Below, in pieces: positions 44,961 through 64,000 of a stretch of 64,000 nucleotides of DNA. Every line of letters begins with the position of its first letter. Within the stretch, counting starts at the first letter, position 1. Origin of the DNA: the human T2T-CHM13v2.0 reference genome, Homo sapiens; NCBI RefSeq assembly GCF_009914755.1, contig NC_060941.1. One strand, 5' to 3'. The notes under the pieces are model-generated. The model searched no databases. It was not told where the DNA came from and saw only the letters and a program-made list of their open reading frames with translations. Made by a program: the position numbers and the translations under genes.

Positions 44961-47254
44961 TACTCCACCTCCCTAATCCAGCTTTTAGAATCTCACATGC
45001 ACCTCTCTTCCACAATGGTTGCTGAGCCTTTAGGGAGAGTGCTTGATGTGGGATAGCTTTAGCAGCAGTGTGTTGGCAATGGAAAACAGATTAGGCCCAG
45101 TGGGATTCCAAATGAGAGGGATTTACAGGCTTTGTTGAATTGTCTGTAGTCTTTAAAATACTAAGACTTTGGTTTTCTCAGAAGAAATAAAACAAAGACA
45201 GATACATAACATTAATAATTTGATTAGTAGACATACAATGGACAGGAGGATTACAATCAAAAGAGAATTTGTAAGCCAGAACAACAAAAACAAAAGAGAA
45301 CCCATTCCTTTAGGGAGAAAACTAAAAGGATCATGAAGAAAATGAAGACTCGGTACTTCTGTAGAGACTTGTAGCCAGGAAAGAACTCAGAATTTAGCCC
45401 AGATTGTACACAAATAATAAAAACTCAAAAATAATGGTCAGGGCCAGAAGCTAAACTTTTCTCTCTCCAGTTTCCCCATTTCTACCAAGGCTGAATCATA
45501 ATCGGACCAATTTATTTGCAAAATTAATTTTAGTCTCATTTTACTTGGCCTGATTATTTCTACAAAATGCAGCAAGAATAGTGATTGGCCACATACGGCC
45601 CTTTATATCGTCTTTGCTGCAACATTTTTTTGTAAGCAATCTCAGATTAGACTTTTTAAAAGCCTCAAGGCCAGAATCCAAGCCAAGGATTCACCAAAAT
45701 TCTGTGCTTGTAATACCTGTACAAATTTCTCTCTTGTTGAGGTCCCAAAATATTAATATCTTGGGGTTTCTGGGCCTGTCAAAAAGTGACATTCTTTACT
45801 CACTACAGGCCACGAACCTTGTAAGGGAACCATTTAGACAAAGTACCAAGTCAGTTTGTCCTGGAGGCTTTTTATTCACTGTATAAAGTCAACTTCTATT
45901 CCTCAAAACAGTGTTGTCATAACAGAAAATATGCATTTCCAGTCAAAGCCTTGGTAAAATAACCAGCATCTCCAATTGTGTCCTGATACAAAAGAAAACA
46001 GATTCTTACTGGACTATAACTATATTGCCATAAAAAAAGAATACACGAAAATTGTTTCCAAATTTTGGAGAAATCAGGTACAGAGAAAGGTAAATTTTGC
46101 TCAAAAAAAAGTATACTTTGTAAGCTATAAAGAGCTCCAAAGAAGAAAGGTTTCCTTGACGATTCTTCAATCAGAGTAGCAAGCCTCCCAAACAGGATAT
46201 TTTGTCCCTTCACCTTGGAGCTGCCATCCACAAACCAAGCAGCTCTTTTTCAGCAAGATGAGAGCTGTTTATTGGGCACTATAGAATCCAGCAGCTCCTC
46301 ACATAGTTCCAGAGTCAGCCCTGGGGAAAAAGAGGGTCCCTGCTCCTCTTTGCATTCCCCAGATAGCAAGATCCTATATGAAACATTTCCATTTTATCAC
46401 GGAACTGTTTGGGACATTGCTGTTCCTATTAGTATTTCTCTGACATCACCCTATAACCCCCACTAAATTCTCCACAAGGATTATGGAATAGAAAATTTGT
46501 ACTTACTAGCATTCCAGCTTCCACTCTACACTCTGTGAGCTCAGACAATCCTACTGGTTCCCATTTAGTACTTTTCGAAGGGCAAGGTTACATGCCTTCT
46601 GTTTTGCAGTACTAGGTAGGGGAAGCGTTCCCAAGCCAAACATAATATTTATTTTCATAAAACATTTAGGTGAAGGAGACGCAACTACTTTACATAATAC
46701 CTGTTGAAACATTCCAACTTTCATAATCATATCAACCTTTACATTTTTATGTTCTGGTTCCAGGAACTTTTCTTTTCCACCTCCAGTCCATTTTACCCTT
46801 CCTTGTGAAAAATAATTTGGGCTCCCAACAGAGGGTTGAGCCAAAGGACCCAGGCCCTTTTGTCAGTCTTTATCTTGATTAACATGCCTCGACAATGCCC
46901 CACACAATGTCAGCTTTCTCATTGTAATTTTGCCTTTTTATTTTTAAAAAATTTCTCCCATTTGAGTTAAGCACAGAAAGTTGATTTGTGTCCCTTTAAT
47001 GTTGGGGGACCAGCAGGAGCTCCCTTTGGTTCATCCTATATTCAATAGTGTTCTATTAAACTTCTGTTTTAACCCCATCAATTTTTATTTATTTCATTTT
47101 ATTCTTAATAACCCTCTAAAAATTTCTACCCTGCTGGGAGGAGTCCCATGACTCTCTCCTCTCTTGTCAATTAACCTTATGTTTTTATTGGCATCTGTAA
47201 GCTAAAGCTTCTCAACTGTTAAGATTCTGCAAGGGTAACATGTAGTTAAGGATG

Positions 47255-47780
47255 CCCTCTTAACCACACCTTTTACCATGATCTAGGCAATGGGCATATT
47301 CAGTGACTGAATATCCCTATCTTCATAAAGCCAGTCCAACATGACTTGCATATGAAGCATATCAGTTGCTTCATATGGGATGCTCTACTTGGCATTTATA
47401 GGTGGAGTTGGACAGTGCTCCTTCTCAGGGTAGACAGACCTGACAGTGGCTTTTGTCCAATCTACTAGGCTGGCTGTTCCTACAGGAATAACCTCCTGTG
47501 TGTCTGGATCCTGTATAGCCATCTGTAATTGTTCAATAGTGAGCTGTGTGTCCTGCATCAACCCAAACATGGTTTTCCACTCTACCGCAATTAAAACTAA
47601 AGATGCTGCCCCTAAATTGGTTACTGTCATAATCCATTTTGGTAAATGTTCCTCAGGGAGCTGATGATACCATTCTATAAAACTCAAGAGTTCCATCACA
47701 TTATACCCTCTGGTTTCAATAGTTATTTGGTTTTGCCCTTACCCCACATTGACTTCCTTCTTGTTAACCACAGGTCTCAG
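47255..47780 (-). pseudogene. Disrupted retroviral gag remnant of ERVL (class III) type
   Basis: One frame with three stops: LRPVV...ETRGYNVMELLSFIEWYHQLPEEHLPKWIMTV...SLVDW...YP...AK*SIPYEATDMLHMQVMLDWLY...; parallels the ERVL/MaLR Gag pattern Y-x-x-x-EL-x-x-F-x-x-x-Y-x-Q-x-x-x-E-x-x-x-x-WI. Confidence 0.7.
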
Positions 47781-47840
47781 GTAATTTCTGTGCCCTGAAA
47801 TCATTTTCCCTTTTGTAGGTAGCTTTGAGGTTAGTGACCT

Positions 47841-48549
47841 TCAAACCACCTTTGCAAAACTTTTGTCAGTGAGAAAATTATGGGAGTGGAGGAGATCTGA
47901 TCTAGCCAACCCCCCTTTTTGCCTTTAACTTTCAAGCTGCCTTAATTATTCCTGGGCTTAAGCCAAGCTAACTTTAGAAGACATTTAGGAAGTTTCAATA
48001 ATAATAGCCCTTCCCTGAAACTCAGCTGCCTTTGTAAAGCTAATGAGAGACCACCAGGCTAGCGGGAGGAGAGGAGCCTGAATTCTGCTAAGGTGTAGAC
48101 TGGTCACAAGATATGTAACTTCCCTATTACTCCTGCAGATAACATCACTATTTTGGATTGGCTTTTTGAAATATTTTTTCAGGTTTTTTGCATGTCTGAC
48201 ACCAATGGCTCCACCTGGACCCGATGGCTCCGCCTGGACCTGCCAAACTCCTCCTATGGTTCCACCCAGGAACAACTCAGCTCAAGAAGACAGTTTCAAC
48301 CACCTATGATTTCATCTCCATCTCAACCAATCAGCAGTAAGCAACCATTTCCTACTCACTCCCACCCCTTTCCCAAACTGCCTTTGGAAAATCTCTAACC
48401 TAGGAGCCTTCAACGAGATTGAGTTGAATAGTAATAACTCTGTTTCCTGCATGGCATGGCCAGCCCGGCATCAATTAAACTCTTTCCGTACTCCAATGCT
48501 GTGGTCTTTATTTGTGCAGCTGGCAGGAAGAATCTGTTGGGCAGTTATA
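47841..48549 (+). mobile_element. LTR8/LTR26-family ERV1 solo LTR nested in the provirus
   Basis: Starts t(c)aaaccacctttgcaaaa, ends ttgggcagttata; perfect 4-bp TSD ACCT (47837-47840, 48550-48553). Confidence 0.85.
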
Positions 48550-48940
48550 ACCTGAATTCAAACAGATCCGCATCTGAGCTTGGTCCAGCCTCATGGTCCA
48601 ACCCAGCACTCTCTTTTACTTTCATTTTGGCTATTACAGATAATAATAACCAAGGGGTTGCCTATTTTGCTTTTTCCTTATTAGTTTGCATTTCAGTACG
48701 CATCCAGTAAACCAACTTTCTGCGAGTTGGAGCCATCTTTAAATTTCACTACTGACCCTTTCCTTTAGAAACTGAGCACAGCAAAGCTGGAGCTCCATAC
48801 CACGTGGCCACCCAGGAATGAAAGATTCCTTCTACACCTTTCTATTCTTTCTCTTTCTATCCGTTTAGCTTTAGCTATATCATTTTTTTCTCTCACTTTG
48901 AAACAATCTTTAAATACCCTCTAAACTAGGCAAAATTTCT

Positions 48941-49243
48941 TTTTTTAAAAAAAATTTTTTGAAGACAGAGTTTGGTTCTTGTTGCCCAGGCTGGAGTGCA
49001 ATGGTGTGATCTCTGCTCATGGCGACCTCCGACTCCTGGGTTCAATGATTCTCCTGCCTCAGCCTCCTGAGTAGCTGGGATTACAGGCATGCACCACCAT
49101 GCCCGGCTAATTTGGTATTTTTAGTAGAGACAGGGTTTCTCCATGTTGGTCAGGCTGGTCTCAAACTCCCAACCTCAGGTGATCTTCCCACCTCAGCCTC
49201 CCAAAGTGCTGGGGATTACAGACATAAGCCTCCACTCCTGGCC
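48941..49243 (-). mobile_element. Alu (AluSp-like)
   Basis: Reverse dimeric Alu; TSD taggcaaaattt(t)cttt. Confidence 0.95.
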
Positions 49244-49366
49244 TAGGCAAAATTTTCTTTAAGCAAAAACTATGCCTTCCTTTTTAAAAATAAACTTATT
49301 TACCAAAACACATCTTTCTTTATACACTTTGTATATAAAATTGTTTCTCTTATATCTAGTAGTTTT

Positions 49367-49515
49367 GTTTTTTTGTTGTTGTTTGTTTGTTTTTTGTTTT
49401 TGTTTTTGAGATGGAGTTTTGCTCTTATTGCCCAGCTGGAGTGCAACGGCGTGATCTTGGCTCACCACAACCTCCGCCTCCCGGGTTCAAGCAATTTTCC
49501 TGCCTCAGCCTCCCG
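49367..49515 (-). mobile_element. 5'-truncated Alu (part of the right arm)
   Basis: Perfect 16-bp TSD TATATCTAGTAGTTTT at 49351 and 49516. Confidence 0.95.
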
Positions 49516-50375
49516 TATATCTAGTAGTTTTAATTACATATATTAACTACTACTGTAACTCTTAGTAACCTTTATTTTCAGTGAAAAACTTAGAATTACT
49601 TAACATAACATGTCTTTAAGATTTTTAATTACTGAAAAGAATTTTGAAACTAGTTTGGTTTTATTTACCAAAGATTACTAAAGTCAAGTGAACTAAAAAA
49701 GGCATTTGAGTTGGTTTTTATTCTATAAAATATTTGATGTAAGAGCTTACTTTCCTTTAAGCCAATTAATTAGAGCTGTTTTATATATTTTGGTAGTGAT
49801 ATATCATGACACATATAAACATAAAGACCTACAGACATAAATACAGAAACAGATTTTATAGATTGAAAAGATTCTTTACTTGTCAGTGTTCAAATAGTTT
49901 CTCTCCTTCCTTTAGACTATCAATTACTTCCAAAGACATGACTTTTATGTAAAATAAGGTAGAAAATTCATATCTCAAAGGCACAGAACTTTGACCTAAA
50001 CACCATTATCTGAAAACAAGATTGCCAGAAAAGTGTCTGCTTTTAAATTTAGGTTGTTTCTTAATCAGATTACTGGTTTTAAGGTGGAGCCTTTTAATGA
50101 GTAGGGCAATTAAAGCATGCAGTTTTTAGGGCCTAAACCATGTTTTCTTATCCAAATGTACGAAGAAACGGGTAGCCTCCATAATAAAAACCTTTTACTT
50201 CAAACGACTGTCATTAGCCACCTCTGACACGATAGCTCTTACCTGTGACTGCCAGCCATTACACACAGCAAGGTCAAGTCCTCTCACAGCACAAAGTAAT
50301 CTCTGGCATCCCCACAAAACCAATGCGATCATTAATGCAATACAAAAGAGGGCAGCGTTTTAAAGCTGAAAGTAA

Positions 50376-50864
<489 letters not shown>

Positions 50865-50908
50865 ACACATTTCTTTTTAAATTTAATCCTAATTACACAA
50901 TACTTTTG

Positions 50909-50910
<2 letters not shown>

Positions 50911-50942
<32 letters not shown>
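50911..50942. repeat. (GT)16 microsatellite
   Basis: Uninterrupted GT run. Confidence 0.95.
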
Positions 50943-50944
<2 letters not shown>

Positions 50945-51057
50945 GGAGTCTTGTAACATGATCATCTTATCCATCTCATATTTAAAATGGTTATTACTAG
51001 TACATAGGAAAACTGTTAACATTTGTTTGTTAGTCTTATATTGAGTTATTTTACTGA

Positions 51058-51460
51058 TGTATTAGAGTAGGCCAACTGCTGTAACAGACACTCCAAAACC
51101 TCAATGATTTAATAGAATAAAGGTTCATTTTGCACCCATGTTCAGACCACCATTGGCCTGTGGTGGTGGCGGTGGGGTCTCAGTTTCACATAGTCACTCA
51201 GGGATCCAGGGTCCTTCCCCTTAGTATCTCTGCCATTCATTTAAGATCTTGGAGTCTTCCCTGGGATCCTTGGCATTTGGCCACAAATGAGGTACATGAG
51301 AAAGGGGTTGGAGGATTAAAGGAGTAGTTTTATGAGCAAAGCTTAGGGGATGCTTATATCATTTTCCCTCCACTTCACTGCCTCAGAAATATGCCCTGCT
51401 TAAATGTAGTACAGCTGTGTGCCCAGAAAGGAAGCATATGGCCAGCCCCTGCCACAGTTG
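51058..51460 (-). mobile_element. Old MLT1-type LTR
   Basis: tgtattag...ctgctgtaacagacactccaaaacctcaatgattta...tagtcactcagggatccagg motifs. Confidence 0.6.
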
Positions 51461-52118
51461 ACCTCTTATAACCTAATAGTTTCTTAATTGTGTTTCTTGG
51501 ATATTAAAGGCAACTTTATTTACCTAAATGTATTTATAACCTAATTTCACTGTCTGGGACCTGGAGTAAATGTGGAACACTATCAGTGTTGGTTATAATT
51601 TGGTGTTTCCTGTCGGTTTCTGGTAAGTTTTCCCAAACAAGTTAAAATGTCTAATTCTATTAAATATGTTTTGACATCCTTTGAAATAATCATGATTCTA
51701 TCCCCCAATCTATTAATAGTATTGTGATAGAATTTTTTCTATCATGAAACATTATTACATTTTTGGAATAAACTCAAATGATTTTTGATGTGTTATATTT
51801 TAAATACCCTACTAGATCCAGTAGCCTAGTCATTTAATTATAAATTTTGTGTCTGTATTTGACAATAATATGGCTCATAGTTCTCTTGTTTTTCTACTAT
51901 CTTTTAGGGTTTTGTATAAGAGTTAGGTTCATATCATAGAATTAGTTGGAAGTCTTTACATCTCCCCTGTGCACTGTATATATTGTATAAAAGTTTATGA
52001 AACTAGAGACTTTTCTAGTCTTTGAATGTTTGCCAGGACCATTTGATTCTGGTCTCCACTCACCACCCATTTCTAAATTTTACTTTTAAATTAACTTACG
52101 TAGTAAAGTTGATTTTTT

Positions 52119-56614
<4,496 letters not shown>

Positions 56615-56625
56615 ACTGATTTTTT

Positions 56626-58020
<1,395 letters not shown>

Positions 58021-58218
58021 TGTTTGGGAAAGGAGCAATTTGAATGCTCAGTATATGGTAGACACTGCTTTACAAGCTTTGCATGAATTAACTCATTTAA
58101 TTCTTGCTACTGTTCCATGAAGTAGCTATTATAATATCTGCCCTTTTTCTTATAAAAGGTAATGGGCAAAGAGAGATTAGGTAACTTGTTACAGATACAC
58201 ATTAAAAAACAGGGCCAA

Positions 58219-58584
<366 letters not shown>

Positions 58585-58846
58585 CTATCATTAAAAATTT
58601 TCAAAATCTCACCTACAGATACATCTCCTTACTCATTACAATGTTAGTTGGCTTTTCTCTGTTTATCCTTAATTATACTTCTTAAAGTTTTATCTATTTT
58701 GTTGATCTTTTCAAAGAACCAGACTTTAGTTTTATTAAGCTGCTGTTCTATTCTTCCTTTCTATTTTATTAATTTCCGCTTTTTATCTTATTAATTGCTC
58801 TTTCTGCGGGGTTGTTTTGTTTTGTTTTTTTGGTCAACCATGTGAA

Positions 58847-58900
58847 TTTTTCATATCCTTTTATGAAATAAATGGTATTTCATAAAAGGATTATGAAAAA
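58847..58900. repeat. AT-rich inverted repeat (24-bp stem, 1-nt bulge, 5-nt loop)
   Basis: TTTTTCAT-ATCCTTTTATGAAATA aatgg TATTTCATAAAAGGAT-t-ATGAAAAA. Confidence 0.9.
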
Positions 58901-61347
58901 GTGGAGTATGTTTTTAGTCTAGGTTAGGGGTTACAAATTTAACCATCTCCAAGTATTTTTTTTAAGAGAATTAAGGTTGCAAAAATTTAAATGATGTTAC
59001 AACTTCAACACAAGTTATATTAAATTTTGATACAGTGATTGTAGAGAAGCTAGTTGGTAGAAATGGAGGAAAGTAGAAAAAACAGTATAGGAAAACAAGA
59101 TTAAATTAGAACATTGTGAAATTAATTATAATGGGACATCAATGTGAATTCATGCCCTTTCAGAAGAAATGTATCTTTTCTCTCTCAATCTTAAAGGATG
59201 CCTAGGAGCAGTTTCTTTCCCCACTCCCCACGTGGAAAGATCACACACATATGCTGGGACCCAGTGTCTGGCTTTAATAGTATAGCTCAGGAACAGCAAC
59301 CAAGCCCCCTTGGAGAGTAGTTGATCCCACATTTGGTGAAGAGAAAATCAGGGTATGCCTGAACATCAAGGGTGTATGGCACAGAGCAGAAAGGACAAAG
59401 GCGCCAGCTACAGCTCCCCCTACACCCATCTCCTGGCCAAGTTGTGACAATTGGAAGATCTCAAAGAAGGCAATAATTGTTGTTAATAGAGACAAGTTAG
59501 GTCTGTGGGAACCAGGAGAACTTCAGGATGCTCAAGAGAGTAGATTACATAAGGTGTGCCACGTGTGATTTTTCCAATAATATTTACAGAAAATAATGTC
59601 TTTCAAACAATAAAACTACATAAATATTGCATTTAAAATAAGTTCAATAGCTGATCTAAGAATCTAATGAGTACAATCCAGGCCTTGACATGAGAAATTC
59701 CACAGTAATTACCCAACTGGCAATTGGTCTGAGGGTTTAAACATTTTTACCTTGGAAAGACTCAAGAGTTGGACAATCGGAATGTGAAAGGTATGCAAGA
59801 TCCTGCAATTGGAGATGGGAAGGTCTTGAGTGCCAGGAAAAGCCTATTAAACTCAAAGGTCTAAGAAGTGACTTCTAATTTTAGAGAGAGGTCTTCTAGG
59901 AAAAGACTGCCTCGGAAAGATGGAAACCTATGTGACTGGGGAAGTCTAAGACGAAAGATGTGGATTAAAATCGTCTTTGACATGGCAGGCATCTCTCTAC
60001 TTACAGAATGGGGTTCAGTTTAATAGTGAAGCTCATGTCTCAAGAAGTATCTTGAGATTGTTCCCATTCCCAGATCTTTAGCCCATAACCCAAATCCACA
60101 ACCTCAGCTTGCCTGATGTGATAACTCAGGCAAGCTATCAAATTTTGTATCAAAATTTAAAGTCTAGTGTAGCATGACCTTTAATAATCATTGCAGTTCT
60201 TCATGTATGCTTTGATTTTAGATGTTTGATAATTTGATTTACTAAATTTATCATTTTGGATTTTTAGGCTTAAGGGGCTCTTAGATTAAAAGTTTGGTTT
60301 CCTAAAGGTTTGAAGTGTTTGAAGGAATCAGGTACACTAAAATTATTATTGTAATTTGAAATATTTGAGAAAATGCAAACTTATAAATAACATTAACTAG
60401 GAAAGTATTTACCAAATTTCAGTTTTGACTAATGAAAAACTGAGTAAGTAGGTACTTAAAATGTTATGAAATACTGGATAAACAAAATGTGATCTCTATG
60501 TTCAAATTCTTAATATAAAACTATTTTTAGATCTACACATTTTAAAAATGTGATTTTGATTAAAATTCAGCTATGATCAACTCTCAGTATTTCTAACTGT
60601 GCACAAAGTCACCCTTTGTCATTTAAAATTTACTATTCTCAGTCTTTTGAGTTGAATCTTTAGTTTGTTTTCAGTCTTTATCATTTCTTAAATAATTCTT
60701 TTGGGACTACACATCTTCCTGTTGAGTGCTGCTTTGGCCATGTCTTTCAGCCCTCCTTGAGATAAGTAGGGCTATCATTGTCATTTATTTCAGAATTGTT
60801 TGTAATATCAGTGTTGATTCTTTCAGTTCTTTGATGTGGCCATGCCCTCTCACTGAGTGGTTTTTGCATGTACTATTCTCTCTTTTCAGAATACCATCCA
60901 TGTAATCCTTTTCTTTATCTGCCTAACTCTTACTTACCCTTCAGTTCTTGGCTCAGGAAGTACTTCCTCCCAGACAGCTTCCCATTCCAGAACAAAGGCA
61001 AAAGCAAAAACAGAACAAACTAAAATCAAAACTGCTAAGCAACGAAAACTTAATTTCAAAATACAGTTAACCCTTGAACAACACTGATTTGAACTGTGCA
61101 TGTCTACTTAAATATGAATTTCTTTCAACAGATATTTTGGAAAAATTTTTGGAGATTAGTGACAATTTGAAGAAACTCAGACAAGCCAAGTACCCTAGAA
61201 ATATCAATAAAATTAAGAAAAAGTTAGGTGTGTCATAAATGCATGAAATATATGTAGACACTAGACTATTTATTTCGTCATTTACTACCATAAGGTATAC
61301 ACAAATCTGTAATAAGAAGTTAAAATTTTTCAAAATTTACACACACA

Positions 61348-61496
61348 GGCTGGGACACTGGGCCACACCTGTAATCCCAGCACTTTGAGAGGCCGAGGTG
61401 GGAAGATCACTTTAGGTCAGGAGTTCGAGACAAGCCTGGCCAACATGGCAAAACCCCATCTTCACCACCAGCACCACCACCAACAACAACAACAAA
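61348..61496 (+). mobile_element. Alu left monomer with (CAC)/(CAA) tail
   Basis: Left arm only; TSD-like aaatttacacacaca / aacttccacacaca. Confidence 0.85.
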
Positions 61497-62002
61497 CTTC
61501 CACACACAAACTTAGACCATGCATAGTCACAATTAAGAGAAATGTAAATAAATGTAAAGGTACTCTGTTATGTCATAACTGCATAAAATTGACTGTAGTA
61601 TTACTGTACTATTGTAATGATTTCATAGCCACCTCCTATGGTGATTGTGTTGAGCTCAAGGGTTGTGAGTACCTGTTTAAAAGGCCATGTGACGCTAATC
61701 CTCTCCAGGTGACCAGTTTCTCTACTAAATTGTGAATAGCAGTAAAAAGTCATCTCTCACAGATCTTATGTATTTTCATAATGTTTAGTGTGATGCCATT
61801 AACCTTGAATAACACCACAGGACCCATTTGAAGTGCCACTAGTGATACTGGTAGTGCTCCCAAGAAGCAGAGAAAAGTCCTGATACTACAAGAAAAAGTT
61901 GAATTTCTTGCTATGTACCGTGGATTGAAGTCTGCAGCTGCGATTGCTGCCACTTCAGACACGCGATTCATCTTGTAAACGGGCAATGTAAACTGACAGT
62001 AT

Positions 62003-63017
62003 GGTTAGTAGCTGAGCGTATCCAAGTCACATGGCACCAAAATATGTTAGCAATGCAACATATTGGAGACAGGGCATCAAGGCATGTTACTGGTGATGAA
62101 TCTGAACAGGTCTGCAGCAACCTCAATTCTTGCCTCCTCAGAAGAAAGATTTCCACCGAGGAGCACAAGGCAGAAGGAGAGACCAAGGCAAGTTTTAGAG
62201 CAGGAGTGAACGTTTATTAAAAAGCTTTAGAGCAGGATTGAAAAGAAGTAGAGGGCATTTGTTTTTTGTTGTTTGTTTGTTTTGTTGTTTTTTTTTTTTT
62301 TTTTTTTTTTTTTCTTGAGACGGAGTCTCACTCTGTCGCCCAGGCTGGAGTGCAGTGGCACGATGACAGCTCACTGCAACCTGTCTCCCGGGCTCAAGCG
62401 ATTCTCCTGCCTCAGCCTCCCTAGTAGCTGGGACTACAGGCATGCACCACCACGGCTGGCTAATTAGAAGTAGAGTCCACTTGGAAGAGGGCCACGTGGG
62501 CAACTTGAGAGATCAAGAGTGCAGTTTTACCTTTTGACTAGGAGTTTTATACGTTGGCACGCTTCTGGGATCTTGCATTCTTTCTCTGCCCATTCTTCCC
62601 TTGGGGTGGGCTGTCTGCATGTGCAGTGGCCTGCCAGCACTTGGGAGGTCAGAATGCACAGTGTGTTTACTGGAGTTGTATTCATACTCAGGGCATTCTT
62701 CCCTTACCAGTGGAATGTCCCTGGAAGATCATATACTCCATCAGTTAAGCTCCAACATTTCGTCTCTTAGTGCTCATGCTTAAGCCCACGTGCCCAACAC
62801 CTGAGATTTTATCAGGAAGCTGCTGATCACCAGTTTTAGGTGTTTCTATCAACTGGGAGACTGCCTTTCCCTGGTGGCAGCTGTGACCAATTATTATTTT
62901 AGAGAGAGAGTGTGTGACAACTGCCTATCACCTGATGGTCACCTGATAGTCCTGGTGGGTGGGGGCGGGGAGCTCTCTCCTGCTCTGCTTATTCCTGACT
63001 AGCTACCTACTGTAACA
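62003..63017 (-). mobile_element. MER50-family ERV1 solo LTR inside the Tigger
   Basis: Minus strand begins TGTTACAGTAGGTAGCTAGTCAGG and contains tctctctaaaataataattggtcacagc; 4-bp TSD GTAT (61999-62002, 63018-63021). Confidence 0.88.
62258..62465 (-). mobile_element. 5'-truncated Alu (right arm) inside MER50
   Basis: Poly-T plus right arm ending at the linker; TSD core agaagtagag. Confidence 0.93.
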
Positions 63018-63660
63018 GTATTGACAAATATGCTGCAGTGCTGTAAATATATTCTCTTTTCCTTATGATTTTTTTGATAGCATTTTCTTTTCTCTAGCTT
63101 ACTTTATTGTAAGAATACAGTGTGCAGTACGCATAACATAAAAAATGTGTGTTAATTGACCATTTATGTTACCGATAAGGCTTCCCATCGATAGTAGGCT
63201 ATTTATTGGTAGTTAAGTTTTGGGAGGATCAGATTTATACATGGATTTTTAACTACATGAGGGGTCAGCAGCCCTAACCCCTGGGTTGTTCAAAGGTCAA
63301 CTGTAGATCTAACTCATGATCCTTACACAACGGTTGGTATATGGAACAAGTAGGACTCCTGACTTAATTGAAATGCAACTTTGTCTCCTACCATCCCTTT
63401 AACTTTAATTCACTGGGTGTGTTTCTCTCCCCTATCCCTGGCCCCAGTGATGAAAACCCCAGCTCACATGACTTTTCTGTTTACACTAAGATAATAGCCC
63501 TGTAAAAATATTCCAAGGCCCCAGTGAAGCTTCTTTTCAGAAATTGGAATGTACATTCTTATCTAAAAATATTAAAGCTTCAAACTTAGTGTTATGTCTT
63601 CTTCCCTTGCACCTGCTTCAGGCTGAAAGCCTGCACCTGGGAAATGAGGCTTTCCTAGAG

Positions 63661-64000
63661 CCTGGCTTCCTTCCCTCCCTCCCTCCATCCCTCCCTCCAT
63701 CCCTTGCTCCTTTCTTCCTCTCCTTATCTCATTTCTCCCTTTCTCTCCTTCTTTCTTTTCTCTCCTTCCTCACTCCTTCTCCCTCTTTCTTGCTTCTTTC
63801 CCTTCCTTCTCTCTTTCCCTTTCTCCTTTTCTCTCCCTCTTTTTTTCTCCTTCCTCCCTTTTCCCTCCCTTTCTCCCTTCCTTCCTCTCTCCATTTCTCC
63901 GTCTTTCTCACTCACCCTTTCTTCATATTACTCTTTTTCTTTCCCTTCCCTTCCGTTCCTTTCTGTCCCCTCCCTTCCCCTCCCCTTCCTTCCTCTCCCC
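63661..64000. repeat. Polypyrimidine/polypurine low-complexity tract (runs to the window end)
   Basis: About 340 nt almost entirely C/T on +, with CCCT/CCTT/CTTT units. Confidence 0.95.

Larger units (their letters stand above)
61064..63303 (+). mobile_element. Tigger2-family (Tigger2b-like) TcMar DNA transposon with nested insertions
   Basis: TIRs CAGTT(A/G)ACC(C/T)TTGAACAAC at both ends, TA TSDs, transposase N-terminal remnant (PKKQRKVLILQEKVEFL) at about 61860-61950. Confidence 0.92.

Noticed and set aside
58920-60620. Possible ancient DNA transposon or unique conserved block
   Set aside because: AT-rich and suggestive, but I could not identify termini, TSDs or coding remnants.
62953-62971. 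G-quadruplex candidate in MER50
   Set aside because: Only three runs of three or more G.

Overview
Primate (very probably human) genomic DNA, AT-rich, with no CpG island and no long intact protein-coding gene I can name. More than half of the window is interspersed repeat: about 27 Alu or Alu-monomer copies, young and old L1s, L2/MIR/CR1 relics, several MaLR and ERV1 LTRs, one 5'-truncated ~5.9 kb endogenous retrovirus, and Tigger/hAT DNA transposons. Most ORFs in the track are Alu-, L1- or low-complexity artefacts. Unique sequence contains several + strand candidate exons with good splice sites (138-255, 1130-1208, and a cluster at 19.3-22.2 kb), suggesting the window lies in or at the end of a spliced + strand transcript; this is a prediction only. 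I do not see a new multi-gene system. The most unusual structures are: (1) a twin-primed inverted L1 at 42.8-43.3 kb carrying a 150-bp copy of sequence from 34 kb upstream, preserving the empty site from before an Alu inserted in the donor; (2) an ERV1/MER4-group-like provirus carrying an ERVL-type gag remnant; (3) an L1PA with an intact 5' end fused to the ORF1 C-terminus across a ~1.5 kb deletion; (4) a 24-bp-stem AT-rich hairpin. Repeat subfamily names are from memory of consensus sequences, and boundaries without a stated TSD are approximate.
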